Shown in pieces: positions 13,305-22,932 of a stretch of DNA of 64,000 nt. The stretch lies in assembly GCF_057098645.1 (NCBI RefSeq), contig NZ_CM169472.1. One strand, 5' to 3'. A program made the position numbers and the translations under genes. The notes beneath the pieces are model-generated. The model was not told where the DNA came from and did no database searches. It was given only the letters and a program-made list of their open reading frames with translations. Each line of letters begins with the position of its first letter. Positions within the stretch are counted from its first letter, which is position 1.

Positions 13305-16300
13305 GCGTCGTATCCCCCCTGATCGCTGTAGTTACTCCTGGCTTTTGCCTTCAGCCTGCGTTCACGTTCATCAAGCTGGCGTGCCACCTCCCGCGCAATA
13401 TCCTGCGCACTTTGTCCTGGCTGCGTCTGAATGATGATCTGCGTCGGTGCCTCAATCCGTTGAACGGGCGGCACAGTGGCTGCGCGACTCACAATTGCTT
13501 CTCCACCTTTCGCGGGAAGTGCCAAAGGGTGCAACGGTGGAAGCTCTGCTGGCGCGGCAGCAACGCCCATCATTCCGGCAACAACGGCAGCCAGTGCAGC
13601 TGTATTTCTCCGGCTGGTCACATTTGCCGGGCCGTTAACAATTTCCGGCCCGTTTTCACCGACGATGCCAAACTGCCCGCGCGGGATATACCCGCCGCTG
13701 TCATACATCCCCGCAAAGCCATATCCCCATGACGGAAAACCACCCGATGGCATCATCACTTTACCGTCTGCATTCACCGTCGCAGGTTGCTGACGCGTCA
13801 CGCTTTCCGGCAGTTTTGCCTTTGCGGCCTCTTTACTGACAATGCCAAGTTTCTCCAGCAACCAGGAAACGCCGGATTTCAGGGAGTCCAGCGGATGCAT
13901 GACCATATTCAGCCCTTCCGCCAGTACCTCTCCGAATCGCCGCCCCATTGCCGCTGCACTCTGCAGTTCGGCAGAGGTCGACTTAACGGGCGTCAGCAGA
14001 TCAGTAAACCAGCCCCACAGCGCCTGTACTTTGTCGCCAATCCACTGGAACACGGGCTTAAGCGGTTCGAATGCTGCACTGACGGGACCTGCCGCCGCTT
14101 TGAATCCTTCCACCACGCCACCAAGAAATGCGGTGATGGGTTGCCAGTATTTCCAGACAACCAGCGCCACGCCCGCCAGTGCAGTAACCACAAGACCTAT
14201 CGGACTGAGTAGAGCACCTAACAGACCAGATACGGCATACAGGGCAACGCGCAGCATCGCCAGTGGACCAGATGCCAGTACTCGCAGCACCGTGCCTGCG
14301 GCGACCAGTCCACCGCGCAGTACCGCCAGAGGATTCATAAACATCACAGCAACAGCACGTAAACCGGATAATCCAGACCGCAAAAGTGCAACCGGCGCAC
14401 CTGCTACAGTTTTCAGGACATTTCCCGTCAGTGATGCCGTGCGGCGCAAAGACGACAACGGCGCAGTAAGTAAACCTGCGGCGTTGCCCGATGAAGCAAG
14501 CCCGCGTCGCAGCAGTGCAAGTGGTGCGCCAGCCAGCCAGGACAACGCGATGCTGGTTCGTGTTACTGCTGCCGTAACGGAAGGTAACGTTTTGATACCC
14601 AGCACAGAGAATCCCAGACGGATCACTGCCAGCGGCCCCAGCACTGCAGCCAGCGCCACCGCTAAGGTGCCGAGGCCTACGGTAACCGCAGCCACAACAG
14701 CCGCTACTTTCATCAGTGTGCCTGTCAGTTCCGGGTTAGCTTCCACCCAGCGGCGCAACGCCCCCGTGATGCTTTTCACCGTGTACAGAATATCCATCAG
14801 CGGCTGGCGCAGCGTTTCGCCCAGGCTGCTGAAGGTGTTCTGCGCTCCGGTTTTAACCAGCAACCACTGCGCAGAAAGTGAGTCCTTGTTAATGTCGGAT
14901 TCTTTCTGCATCGAACCGAGCGCATCATTGCCCGCTGTCAGTTTTAGCTGGCGCTGCAGTTCCGGCAGGTTGTTTGCCAGTTTCGCCGCATCATCGCCAA
15001 ACTCTTTACCAAACAACATGGTCATGGCAGACAGGCGCTTATCCTGCGGCAGTGCGTTCACCTTCTCCAGCACGCGCTGGATGGTTCCCATCGCATCCTT
15101 CGTCATCTGCTTTTCAATCACTTCAGGATTGAGTTTCAGCAGATTCATCCCTTCAAAAAAACTCTTGCTTTGCATGGTGGCAATGGACAATTCACGCACC
15201 ATCGCGTTTGCTGCACTGGCTGCAACCTCCGGCGCAGCGCCCAGTGTCAGGAAGGTGGAACCCAGCGCCGCCGCTTTACGATAATCCAGACGGTCAGCCA
15301 CACCGCCCAGACGTTGCATCACATCAATGATGTCTGCCCCTTTCGACATGGCGTTATCATCCAGATAATTCAGCGCATCACCGAGCTGTTCAATATTGCG
15401 GGTAGGGATTTTGTAGAGCTGGGCGATTTTCCCCAGACTTTCTGACAGTTCATCCGCTGGCAGCTCAAAGGCTGTTGCCGCCTTTGCTGCCGTACTGGCG
15501 AAGGCCAGCAGGTCACGTTTCTGATCTTCCCAGCTGTCGTCAGGGTTTGCGACGTTCATGCGCGCACCACCTTCAACCAGTGCAGCGAAGTCCACCGCAC
15601 CGTTTTCCATCGGCAACTGTTCGCTGGCAGCCTTGATGGCATCCTGCATTTCATAAAAACGTGCAGTGCGGTTGCCATTATCGTCACGCAGACCATTGAC
15701 CTGCTTTGCCACACCTTTCATGGCATCTTCCATGCTGGTATAGCTTTTTACTGCCGCCATCACTGGCGCACCCATTGCCAGCCCTGCAGCCGTGGTGGTG
15801 GCTCCGGCACCTGCAATACGATCACGCACCTCCAGCGAACGGGTATAACTGGCACGCGCTGCATTCATCCTGCGCTGAGCTTCCCCCAGTCGCTTCAGCC
15901 GCGCCTCCTGTTTCGAAAGTTCCTGGTTATAACGTGATGTTTCACGGGCTAAACGGGCAGTTGCTCCCGCATCGTCTTTCGCAGAAATTCCCGCCCGGTA
16001 CAGTTCAGCACGCACAAGCGCCGTCTGCTGCTGCAGCTTTTTCTGGCGTTCTTCCAGGCGCTGAATAGCCAGCCGTTGACGGCCCAGAGCAACAACCTGA
16101 CGTTGCGAAGGCGGCCCCATCGCTCCCAGTTCCTGACTGAGCAAATTTGCACGCTGGCGGGCATAGTTCAGCCTGTCGCCTAATTTCTGATTTTCTGCCT
16201 GCAGCTTTCGGAAGCTGTCCAGACTGCTCCCGGCCTGATCAAGCTGCTTTATTGCATCGCGGGATTTTTTGACAGCAGCAGCCAGTTCTCTTGAACTGGC

Positions 16301-16378
16301 CTGCGCAGATCGAAATGGGCGGGTGAGCTTGTCAACCGCATTAAGAATGACCTGCAGACGCAGGTTGTTATCACTCAT
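13301..16378 (-). CDS. Tail tape measure protein (gpT-like)
   Basis: 1025-aa Ala/Leu-rich coiled-coil protein with hydrophobic central segment, downstream of E/E'. Confidence 0.85.
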   Translation of the reverse strand: MSDNNLRLQVILNAVDKLTRPFRSAQASSRELAAAVKKSRDAIKQLDQAGSSLDSFRKLQAENQKLGDRLNYARQRANLLSQELGAMGPPSQRQVVALGRQRLAIQRLEERQKKLQQQTALVRAELYRAGISAKDDAGATARLARETSRYNQELSKQEARLKRLGEAQRRMNAARASYTRSLEVRDRIAGAGATTTAAGLAMGAPVMAAVKSYTSMEDAMKGVAKQVNGLRDDNGNRTARFYEMQDAIKAASEQLPMENGAVDFAALVEGGARMNVANPDDSWEDQKRDLLAFASTAAKAATAFELPADELSESLGKIAQLYKIPTRNIEQLGDALNYLDDNAMSKGADIIDVMQRLGGVADRLDYRKAAALGSTFLTLGAAPEVAASAANAMVRELSIATMQSKSFFEGMNLLKLNPEVIEKQMTKDAMGTIQRVLEKVNALPQDKRLSAMTMLFGKEFGDDAAKLANNLPELQRQLKLTAGNDALGSMQKESDINKDSLSAQWLLVKTGAQNTFSSLGETLRQPLMDILYTVKSITGALRRWVEANPELTGTLMKVAAVVAAVTVGLGTLAVALAAVLGPLAVIRLGFSVLGIKTLPSVTAAVTRTSIALSWLAGAPLALLRRGLASSGNAAGLLTAPLSSLRRTASLTGNVLKTVAGAPVALLRSGLSGLRAVAVMFMNPLAVLRGGLVAAGTVLRVLASGPLAMLRVALYAVSGLLGALLSPIGLVVTALAGVALVVWKYWQPITAFLGGVVEGFKAAAGPVSAAFEPLKPVFQWIGDKVQALWGWFTDLLTPVKSTSAELQSAAAMGRRFGEVLAEGLNMVMHPLDSLKSGVSWLLEKLGIVSKEAAKAKLPESVTRQQPATVNADGKVMMPSGGFPSWGYGFAGMYDSGGYIPRGQFGIVGENGPEIVNGPANVTSRRNTAALAAVVAGMMGVAAAPAELPPLHPLALPAKGGEAIVSRAATVPPVQRIEAPTQIIIQTQPGQSAQDIAREVARQLDERERRLKAKARSNYSDQGGYDA

Positions 16379-16504
16379 CGTTGGCCCCGCTTCTCTGAAT
16401 CGCTTTATACCGCCATTCCAGCACTTCGGTCAGCGGCATAACGTCAGTAACGGATGGCGGCCAGTGAAAGATGGTGGCGATATCTGCCACCAGATCGTCA
16501 ACCG

Positions 16505-16807
16505 TCAGGCTGTCGGTAAACCGGCAAGCACCGACTTCTTCAACAAAAAAGTGACAACCTCAACCGACATGGCAGTGAGATCTGCCGGGTCCATCTCTGC
16601 GATTTCCTGTGCAGTCAGTGCCGGACTGGAGATGCGGGGGATCACGGTCATCATCGCGTTCACATCCATATCCATAATGGCCTGCAGGCGTGTGCCGCGC
16701 AGCGCACCGGACTGCGGTTTACGCAGCACAATTTCGGTAATTTCTGTTTTACCGCGCATGATGGGAGTATCCAGTTTAATAGTCTTTTCAGTCTGCTTAT
16801 CGCTCAT
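16505..16807 (-). CDS. Tail assembly chaperone gpE-like (with E' frameshift extension)
   Basis: 100-aa ORF upstream of T; ends ...VVTFLLKKSVLAGLPTA with the T6G slippery heptamer inside. Confidence 0.75.
   Translation of the reverse strand: MSDKQTEKTIKLDTPIMRGKTEITEIVLRKPQSGALRGTRLQAIMDMDVNAMMTVIPRISSPALTAQEIAEMDPADLTAMSVEVVTFLLKKSVLAGLPTA
16541..16555 (-). other. Programmed -1 ribosomal frameshift site (TTTTTTG) for E+E' product
   Basis: Minus-strand sequence gtc act TTT TTT G ttg near the 3' end of gene E, the same slippery motif and position as P2 E/E'. Confidence 0.55.
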
Positions 16808-16861
16808 TTTGCTGTCCTGTAAATTGGGTTCTGGCGCGGCATTCCGCGCCGTTCAGATACA

Positions 16862-17377
16862 TCAGAGGCCGAGGGCGTTGCGGTGCGCTTCCATCAGGTC
16901 CACACCGTCCACAATTTCCACCATGTTGATAAGGTCCACTTCATAGAGCACCTCACCATTGATAGTCAGCTTCGCGTAGCTGTTGGTACTGGTCACTTTG
17001 GTGGTGTTGCTTTCGCCCGTCTTCCACTCGCCGGAATCCACTTCTTTGTGACGTCCACGCACCACAAGCTCCACGGCCTGCACTTCTCCGGTATCGTCAC
17101 GCTGGATAGAGCCGGTGAAGCGCAACTGGATGCCATCCACCGTGGCTTTGCCCATCTGTTTAAACAGCAGCAGTTCAGTACCACCAATGGAAAATTCTGT
17201 GTCCAGCGCACTGTCATCAAGCCCCAGATCCACATCCACTGCACCCGGCATTCCGCCGCCGCGATACTTCTCATATTTGCGGGTGAATTTCGGCAGCGTC
17301 AGCGACTCAACGATCCCCTGCCAGTTGTTCCCGTCATTAAACAGGTTCAGGTGTTTTAATTTGCGTGGTAAAGCCAT
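16862..17377 (-). CDS. Tail tube protein (gpFII-like)
   Basis: 171-aa ORF immediately downstream of the sheath gene; P2 synteny. Confidence 0.8.
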   Translation of the reverse strand: MALPRKLKHLNLFNDGNNWQGIVESLTLPKFTRKYEKYRGGGMPGAVDVDLGLDDSALDTEFSIGGTELLLFKQMGKATVDGIQLRFTGSIQRDDTGEVQAVELVVRGRHKEVDSGEWKTGESNTTKVTSTNSYAKLTINGEVLYEVDLINMVEIVDGVDLMEAHRNALGL

Positions 17378-17386
17378 GTTGTCCCC

Positions 17387-18559
17387 TTACGCGCTGACCT
17401 GGCTAGAGAAATTCACCAGGTACTGATCGGTGATGCGCTGACGCAGCATCAGGTTTTCAAGTGGCGGCACTGGCGTGTAGTCGTAGTCGATGGTGAGTTT
17501 TCCGGCTTTCAGCGTGTCTTTGTCGTTCACCGACTCATCCAGCCAGCAATCACCACCAATGAGATAGCCCTGACTGACCAGGCTGCGCATTTTGGCGCGG
17601 ATCCCCTCGATAATGTCGCGGGCCAGCGACGGGTTAAGCGGTTTATCCACCGCCCACATGTGTGCTTCTGCCATCGTGTCCATCAGCACCTGCGCCGTGC
17701 GGGTGTAGTTTTCGAAGGCAAAGAGCGGGTCATCACTCAGGCAGCGGGAACCCCAGAAGCGGAAACCGTCTTTACGCACAAGCGTGGTGACGTCGTTCTG
17801 GTTCAGCAGACCTGCATCGGTTGCCGGGTCCTGCAGATCCCAGAACACATCAGCAGAAATTCCGGTGACACCGTTCACGCCCACGTTGGACAGGCTTTTG
17901 TGCCATCCGGTCTGCTCGTCAATTTTGGCGCGCAGACCAAGCGCACGGGCGGTGGCATATGCCGTTGCTTCGGCATTCAGCACCGTGTCCCAGCCAGTAA
18001 AGTCAGGCCAGATCAGCATCCCTTCGCGCTGGCTGAAGTTTTCACGGTAAGTGATCGCCTCCTGTACCGTCTTGCAGCCATACGCTGACAGGTAAGCAAA
18101 TCCACGCAGGCTTTGCGCCACGCTCAGCAACTCAGTAGCTACCGCCTTGGTGTCGTGGCCTGGCACGCCGAGAATGCGCGGTTTAACGCCGAGCTGTGAC
18201 TGGGCAGATAACAGGGCTTTCATGCCTGTTTTTTTACCTTCAGCGGTCACTGCTCCGATGATATTGGTCGTGGTTTCTTCTTCCGTTTCACCCTGCGGCA
18301 CACGCACAACAACGGTCACGGGTTTTGCCTGGTCAGCGATGGCGTCCAGCGAACGGGCCAGCGTACCGGACTCACCCGCTTTACCGCTGGCAGTCAGCAC
18401 ATCAGTGATCAGCACGGGTTTATTAAGAGGAAACATTTTTGCATCGGCATCATCGCCCGTGCAGACCATACCCACGATGGCGGTGCTCACCGTGGTAATG
18501 GATCGGGTGCCTTCGTTGACTTCAACAACGCGCACTCCGTGGTGGTAATCCTGAGCCAT
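17387..18559 (-). CDS. Contractile tail sheath protein (gpFI-like)
   Basis: 390-aa ORF, P2 FI-like size and position. Confidence 0.85.
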   Translation of the reverse strand: MAQDYHHGVRVVEVNEGTRSITTVSTAIVGMVCTGDDADAKMFPLNKPVLITDVLTASGKAGESGTLARSLDAIADQAKPVTVVVRVPQGETEEETTTNIIGAVTAEGKKTGMKALLSAQSQLGVKPRILGVPGHDTKAVATELLSVAQSLRGFAYLSAYGCKTVQEAITYRENFSQREGMLIWPDFTGWDTVLNAEATAYATARALGLRAKIDEQTGWHKSLSNVGVNGVTGISADVFWDLQDPATDAGLLNQNDVTTLVRKDGFRFWGSRCLSDDPLFAFENYTRTAQVLMDTMAEAHMWAVDKPLNPSLARDIIEGIRAKMRSLVSQGYLIGGDCWLDESVNDKDTLKAGKLTIDYDYTPVPPLENLMLRQRITDQYLVNFSSQVSA

Positions 18560-18701
18560 AGTGGCGAACCTCCTGATTGGATTAGGCTTCGCCCTATGTT
18601 GAAGTGATTGTGCCTGACAAACAGCTAAGCGCAGTTGTGTCGTTATTCACACAAAATAACGGTATTTGTCCGCTTACAGGAAAAATCAAAATAATGCTGA
18701 C

Positions 18702-19268
18702 TCAGGGCGATTCATTGTTCTCATTCGCCGGAAATTTTCTATAAATGGTAGAAACGCCCACATCAAAAATCAGTGCAATACGCTGTCTTGATTCTCCGGC
18801 CTCGAGTAAACGTCCAATCTGTGCCCACTGTTCGGTAGTCAACTTAGGACGGCGTCCACCTACTCTGCCTTTAGCACGAGCTGCAGCCAGCCCTGCCCTG
18901 GTACGTTCAACTATCAGTTCGCGTTCCATTTCAGCCAGGGCACCCATGACATGAAAAAAGAAACGGCCCATTGGGGTACTGGTATCAATACTGTCAGTCA
19001 GACTTCTGAAATTCACGCCGCGCTGGCGCAACTCTTCTATCAGAGTAACAAGATGCCGCATACTGCGCCCCAACCTGTCCAGCTTCCAGACAACCAGTGT
19101 GTCACCTGCCGATAGTGTCCTGAGCAGTTTTTTAAGCCCCGGTCGGTCGGACTTCGTGCCGCTGATTTTATCCTCAAAAATCAGCTCACATCCTGCACAC
19201 TCCAGCGCGTTACGCTGCAATTCCGTATTCTGGTCATTTGTTGACACGCGGACATAGCCAATAAGCAT
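18702..19268 (-). CDS. Serine site-specific DNA invertase (Hin/Gin/Cin/Pin family)
   Basis: 188-aa ORF MLIGYVRVSTNDQNTELQ... with catalytic Ser region and C-terminal HTH (GVSTIYRKF); adjacent to the invertible tail-fibre segment. Confidence 0.85.
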   Translation of the reverse strand: MLIGYVRVSTNDQNTELQRNALECAGCELIFEDKISGTKSDRPGLKKLLRTLSAGDTLVVWKLDRLGRSMRHLVTLIEELRQRGVNFRSLTDSIDTSTPMGRFFFHVMGALAEMERELIVERTRAGLAAARAKGRVGGRRPKLTTEQWAQIGRLLEAGESRQRIALIFDVGVSTIYRKFPANENNESP

Positions 19269-19323
19269 GATGGATCCCCTGAATAAAAACCGGGGATGAT
19301 GCCAGTTAGCCGTAATCTCTGCA

Positions 19324-19349
19324 TTTTCTTAAACGTTGGTTTGGGAGAA
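19324..19349. repeat. Invertase crossover site (left), gix/hix-like
   Basis: TTTTCTTAAACGTTGGTTTGGGAGAA; about 20 of 26 positions match the inverted partner at 21269-21294. Confidence 0.5.
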
Positions 19350-19790
19350 GCGGCAAAACGAAATGTGGGCAACGGGGAAAACCAAATCCCTGATATGTCT
19401 TTCTGGACGGTTACTGGTGGCAATGGAAATTTTGTGATTCGTCAACCTGACGGACTAATCATTCAGATGGTTACTGTAAGTATAAGCGGTCCAGTGGCGA
19501 TGAATGGAATGACTGATAATGCTTATGCCATTACAGGTTCTAATAAGTCTTATATTGCCACAGCCACATTGCCCTTTGTATTTCCTAATAAGGTGCTGGG
19601 CGTTATCCCTCTGGTATCAACAACAGCTTATGGTGGTGTATCCAGTAATATTACAGGTTCATACGCGACGGCGGTTTGTTCTTTTGCCGCTGTCAGGGGG
19701 AATAATACGATTGTGTTCAAAGTCGACAAACCACTGAATGCAGCCTTTCCTTCAGATACCAGCGTCTCAGCGTTAATCATTGGACGGTAA
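19350..19790 (+). CDS. Alternative tail-fibre C-terminal segment (Hc'), expressed only after inversion
   Basis: ORF begins at the crossover site, lacks an N-terminal domain, and is followed by a tail-fibre assembly gene; mirrors the Mu G-segment S'/U' arrangement. Confidence 0.55.
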   Translation, partial: AAKRNVGNGENQIPDMSFWTVTGGNGNFVIRQPDGLIIQMVTVSISGPVAMNGMTDNAYAITGSNKSYIATATLPFVFPNKVLGVIPLVSTTAYGGVSSNITGSYATAVCSFAAVRGNNTIVFKVDKPLNAAFPSDTSVSALIIGR

Positions 19791-19792
19791 GA

Positions 19793-20236
19793 ATGAACTC
19801 AGTATTCTTTTCACCCGCAAGTAAAAGTTTTTATCTGCAAGAATTGTTTCCAGAATATGAGGATGCGGGAACGCTTCCTGATGATGTTATTGAAATTACC
19901 AGAGAAACATATGAGCAATTTCTTGGGCTGCATCCAGAAGGGAAAGAAATTGGCGCTGACAGTTCAGGACGGCCAATATGGATTAATTCCCCGCCGCCTT
20001 CAAAAGAGGATGAGATGCTGGCGGCTGAAATGAAAAAGATATCTTTGGTTTCAGAAGTCAATACCTACATCAATACCCATCAGTGGCCTGGCAAAGCTGC
20101 TATTGGTCGTCTGAAAGGTTACGAGCTGGAACAATATAATTTATGGCTGGATTATCTGGACGCACTGGAACTGGTTGATACCGCCAGTGCTCCAGATATT
20201 GAATGGCCTACGCCTCCGGTAGTTCAGGCCAGATGA
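19793..20236 (+). CDS. Alternative tail-fibre assembly chaperone (G'-like)
   Basis: 147-aa ORF with the conserved Tfa C-terminus ...LWLDYLDALELVDTASAPDIEWPTPP. Confidence 0.75.
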   Translation: MNSVFFSPASKSFYLQELFPEYEDAGTLPDDVIEITRETYEQFLGLHPEGKEIGADSSGRPIWINSPPPSKEDEMLAAEMKKISLVSEVNTYINTHQWPGKAAIGRLKGYELEQYNLWLDYLDALELVDTASAPDIEWPTPPVVQAR

Positions 20237-20813
20237 CATCCGGCGCGGTGCTGGTATCTGTTGCAGTCACCGCGTCAATGTAATCCAGCACAGCGTTAAG
20301 CCGGGTTGTTTCTGCCTGCGTCAGCTTCCGCCCGGCCTGCAATTTCAGCTGAATCAGACTAATGGAAGCCATAGCAGCATCAATCAGTGACTGGCGCCGT
20401 ACTTCTGCCGCGTCTACTGCGGCGTTATGCTGTGCCTCAGTATCGGTCACCCATTTCTCACCATCCCATTTATCGTATGACGTTAACGGGGCGATAGTGG
20501 TTGTATTTTCAGGGTAATCACCCGGAACTGTGATTTCTTTTGATTTTCCTGTTTCGGTGCTATAGACGATTTCACCGCGATGGTCTGGCACATATTCCCA
20601 TGAGTTAAAATCTGCAGAACGGCAAATTGCATAACCAGCTTTATATGAGCCAGGAGCATCTAAACAGGAACATGCCGGGATACCGACACCCACAGCAAGA
20701 TATTCAGTTGATGTGGAAATATATTCCCGTGTTTCACCATCATAATTATAAACGGTAATGTCTCCGGCCTTTGTGGCGATGAGTTCATTATTTAATACAG
20801 CTTTACTTATCAT
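20208..20813 (-). CDS. Tail-fibre assembly chaperone (gpG-like)
   Basis: 201-aa ORF with Tfa C-terminal motif ...LNAVLDYIDAVTATDTSTAPDVIWPELP; downstream of H. Confidence 0.75.
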   Translation of the reverse strand: MISKAVLNNELIATKAGDITVYNYDGETREYISTSTEYLAVGVGIPACSCLDAPGSYKAGYAICRSADFNSWEYVPDHRGEIVYSTETGKSKEITVPGDYPENTTTIAPLTSYDKWDGEKWVTDTEAQHNAAVDAAEVRRQSLIDAAMASISLIQLKLQAGRKLTQAETTRLNAVLDYIDAVTATDTSTAPDVIWPELPEA

Positions 20814-22330
20814 GCAGCCCTCACAATATAATTAAAGGCGATGTTACGGGAGCGGGTTTCAGATGCTGTGCGAACTGAGCGAGATGCGTCGAATGTCCAG
20901 TTATAAGCGCCATAACCCTCAATAATTTCGGCTTCCTTTAGACCTGTAGATAATACTTGCCCATGTTGACTAAATGGCCCTGAACTAAGTACGTCTCTAA
21001 AAAGCTGGGTACGCCCAAAAGAACCAACAATATTCTGAATTGCATCATTCTGTGCAGATAATAAGTTACGACCAGAGTCAATCCCGCGCCCATCATCCCA
21101 GCCACGAATAAATTCACCGCGTAAATCTGGTAATTTTAATGTTGGGTAAGCCTTTGCCAGATTTGGGTACTTTTCAGAAGAAAATGCTGCTCCGTTACAT
21201 TTTAGCCAGCCCGTTGGTGGTGTTTCTAAGGGCCACGGAACGGGCACACCAACAGGCAGTGCAGAGCCTTCCCCCAAACCAAGGTATGCGAGAAGACCAG
21301 CTACATCCTTTCCACTCAAATGAGTCAGCGTCTCATCCAGCGGTTGTTTACCTGCCAGCGCATTAAGCATTGTCGTGGCAAAGTTCGGGTCATTCCCCAG
21401 CGCTGCCGCCAGTTCGTTCAGTGTATCCAGTGCCGCAGGTGCAGAACCCACCATTGCCGCAATCGCCGATTTCACAAATGCCGTGGTGGCAATCTGTGTA
21501 TTGTTGACCGACTGTGCCGCAGTAGGTGCGGTTGGCGTTCCGGTGAGTGCCGGACTCGACAGCGGCGCTTTCAGTGCCAGCGCATTGTTAATGGTGGTAC
21601 TGAATTTCGGATCATTGTTAATGGCTGCGGCTATTTCTTTCAGCGTGTCCAGCGTGGCTGGCGCACCATTAATAAGAGCCGTCAGAGCCGCCTGAACAAA
21701 CGCGGTGGTCGCAATCTGCGTGGTGTTATTCCCTGCGGCTGGCGTTGGCGCTTTGGGTGTCCCGGTAAACGTCGGACTTTCTTTGGGTGCATACTGTGAA
21801 TGCGGGTCCGGTGCGGCAAGATGTTTTGCCATCTGATCATCCGCGTACACCTTCAGCTCCAGTGCCTTGTCATCCACATACTTGCGGGTTGCCAGCACTA
21901 CGGCAGGGTCGATTTTCAGGGTGATATTGTCCGTGCTGCTGGTAATCAGCACCATGCGCACGGTCTGAGTGCGCCCGCTACCTTCAGCCAGTTGCGGCTT
22001 ATAGCTTTCCGGGCAGTTGCCCACGGCAATCAATGCCCCGGACTCATCAAACAAGCCCACTTCACGTATCCACCAACCGCCCTCGTTTTCAGGGATCACC
22101 TGTTCGGCAATAATCTGGCTGCTGTTCTGCAGGTCGATATAGAGCATATTCAGCGCAGCCCGGCGTTTCTCATTTACCAGTGCAGTCTGCTTTGAGTCTG
22201 GCGTTGGCAATACTCCGCCGCCATCGCCGACCGCCATATGGGTAATTTTTAGCGGCACACCGAGCGCGGCGGCGCTGGCAAGTTTCGCCGCGCCAATATC
22301 CGTCAGCAGGGTATAAAATTTTGTGCTCAT
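20810..22330 (-). CDS. Tail fibre protein (gpH-like); C-terminal ~160 aa lie inside the invertible segment
   Basis: 506-aa ORF with repeated tail-fibre-type motifs (TTQIATTAFV... twice); a crossover site lies inside it. Confidence 0.8.
   Translation of the reverse strand: MSTKFYTLLTDIGAAKLASAAALGVPLKITHMAVGDGGGVLPTPDSKQTALVNEKRRAALNMLYIDLQNSSQIIAEQVIPENEGGWWIREVGLFDESGALIAVGNCPESYKPQLAEGSGRTQTVRMVLITSSTDNITLKIDPAVVLATRKYVDDKALELKVYADDQMAKHLAAPDPHSQYAPKESPTFTGTPKAPTPAAGNNTTQIATTAFVQAALTALINGAPATLDTLKEIAAAINNDPKFSTTINNALALKAPLSSPALTGTPTAPTAAQSVNNTQIATTAFVKSAIAAMVGSAPAALDTLNELAAALGNDPNFATTMLNALAGKQPLDETLTHLSGKDVAGLLAYLGLGEGSALPVGVPVPWPLETPPTGWLKCNGAAFSSEKYPNLAKAYPTLKLPDLRGEFIRGWDDGRGIDSGRNLLSAQNDAIQNIVGSFGRTQLFRDVLSSGPFSQHGQVLSTGLKEAEIIEGYGAYNWTFDASRSVRTASETRSRNIAFNYIVRAA
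21269..21294. repeat. Invertase crossover site (right), inside gene H
   Basis: TTCCCCCAAACCAAGGTATGCGAGAA, inverted relative to the site at 19324-19349; central AAACCAAGGT resembles hix/gix. Confidence 0.5.
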
Positions 22331-22932
22331 GGATTCACTCTCATTGTGTCAATAACATGGACCGCCCCGCCTTCATGCGCGGTGCCGCCAGAAATAATTG
22401 TTTCGTTGATATACGGATAGATCGTGATTTCTTCGCCAAGATAGCTGGCGGCCCCCACCCAATGCGGACCGCTGGTCTGCAGATTGATGGACATGCCGAT
22501 CATGTGACGGCTACATGGTTTGGCATCGCTTATCAGCCGCTCAAGTTCCAGATAGGTATCTTCAGTGATGCCCTGGTCCTGCACGCCGATATCCAGGCGA
22601 AACGTGCCCGGTGTTTCTCCGGTCTGCCACCACTCAATAATGCGGATCAGGAATCCGAACGGTTCCACCACCCGCCGCACGGCACTGGTGGTTCCTTTAT
22701 GCTGATGAATATAAAAAGCATCCTTCACTACCTGGCGTTTGACGCTTTCTGTCCAGCCCTCGTCCCAGCGATCCACAGAGAACGCCCAGGCGAGATAAGG
22801 CAGGAAGCTGACCGGACAGGTAGCCGGACTCCACAAGTCACGCAGCGGCACCTGCAGATCAGAAATCCCGCTACAGGTTTGCGCCAGTCGGCGCTCCAGT
22901 GAAGTTGAACCCGGTGGCAGCAGACTATTCAT
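22327..22932 (-). CDS. Baseplate protein gpI-like
   Basis: 201-aa ORF between J and H; P2 synteny. Confidence 0.75.
   Translation of the reverse strand: MNSLLPPGSTSLERRLAQTCSGISDLQVPLRDLWSPATCPVSFLPYLAWAFSVDRWDEGWTESVKRQVVKDAFYIHQHKGTTSAVRRVVEPFGFLIRIIEWWQTGETPGTFRLDIGVQDQGITEDTYLELERLISDAKPCSRHMIGMSINLQTSGPHWVGAASYLGEEITIYPYINETIISGGTAHEGGAVHVIDTMRVNP

Noticed and set aside
13842-15284. 480-aa + strand ORF (Ala/Ser/Pro/Thr-rich)
   Set aside because: Lies entirely antisense to the tape-measure gene; low-complexity composition typical of a shadow ORF in GC-rich coding DNA.
21320-22195. Several 100-160-aa + strand ORFs (Cys/Arg-rich)
   Set aside because: Antisense to tail fibre gene H, which has clear tail-fibre motifs; shadow frames.
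22321-22902. 193-aa + strand ORF
   Set aside because: Antisense to the baseplate gene in P2 synteny; no independent signals.
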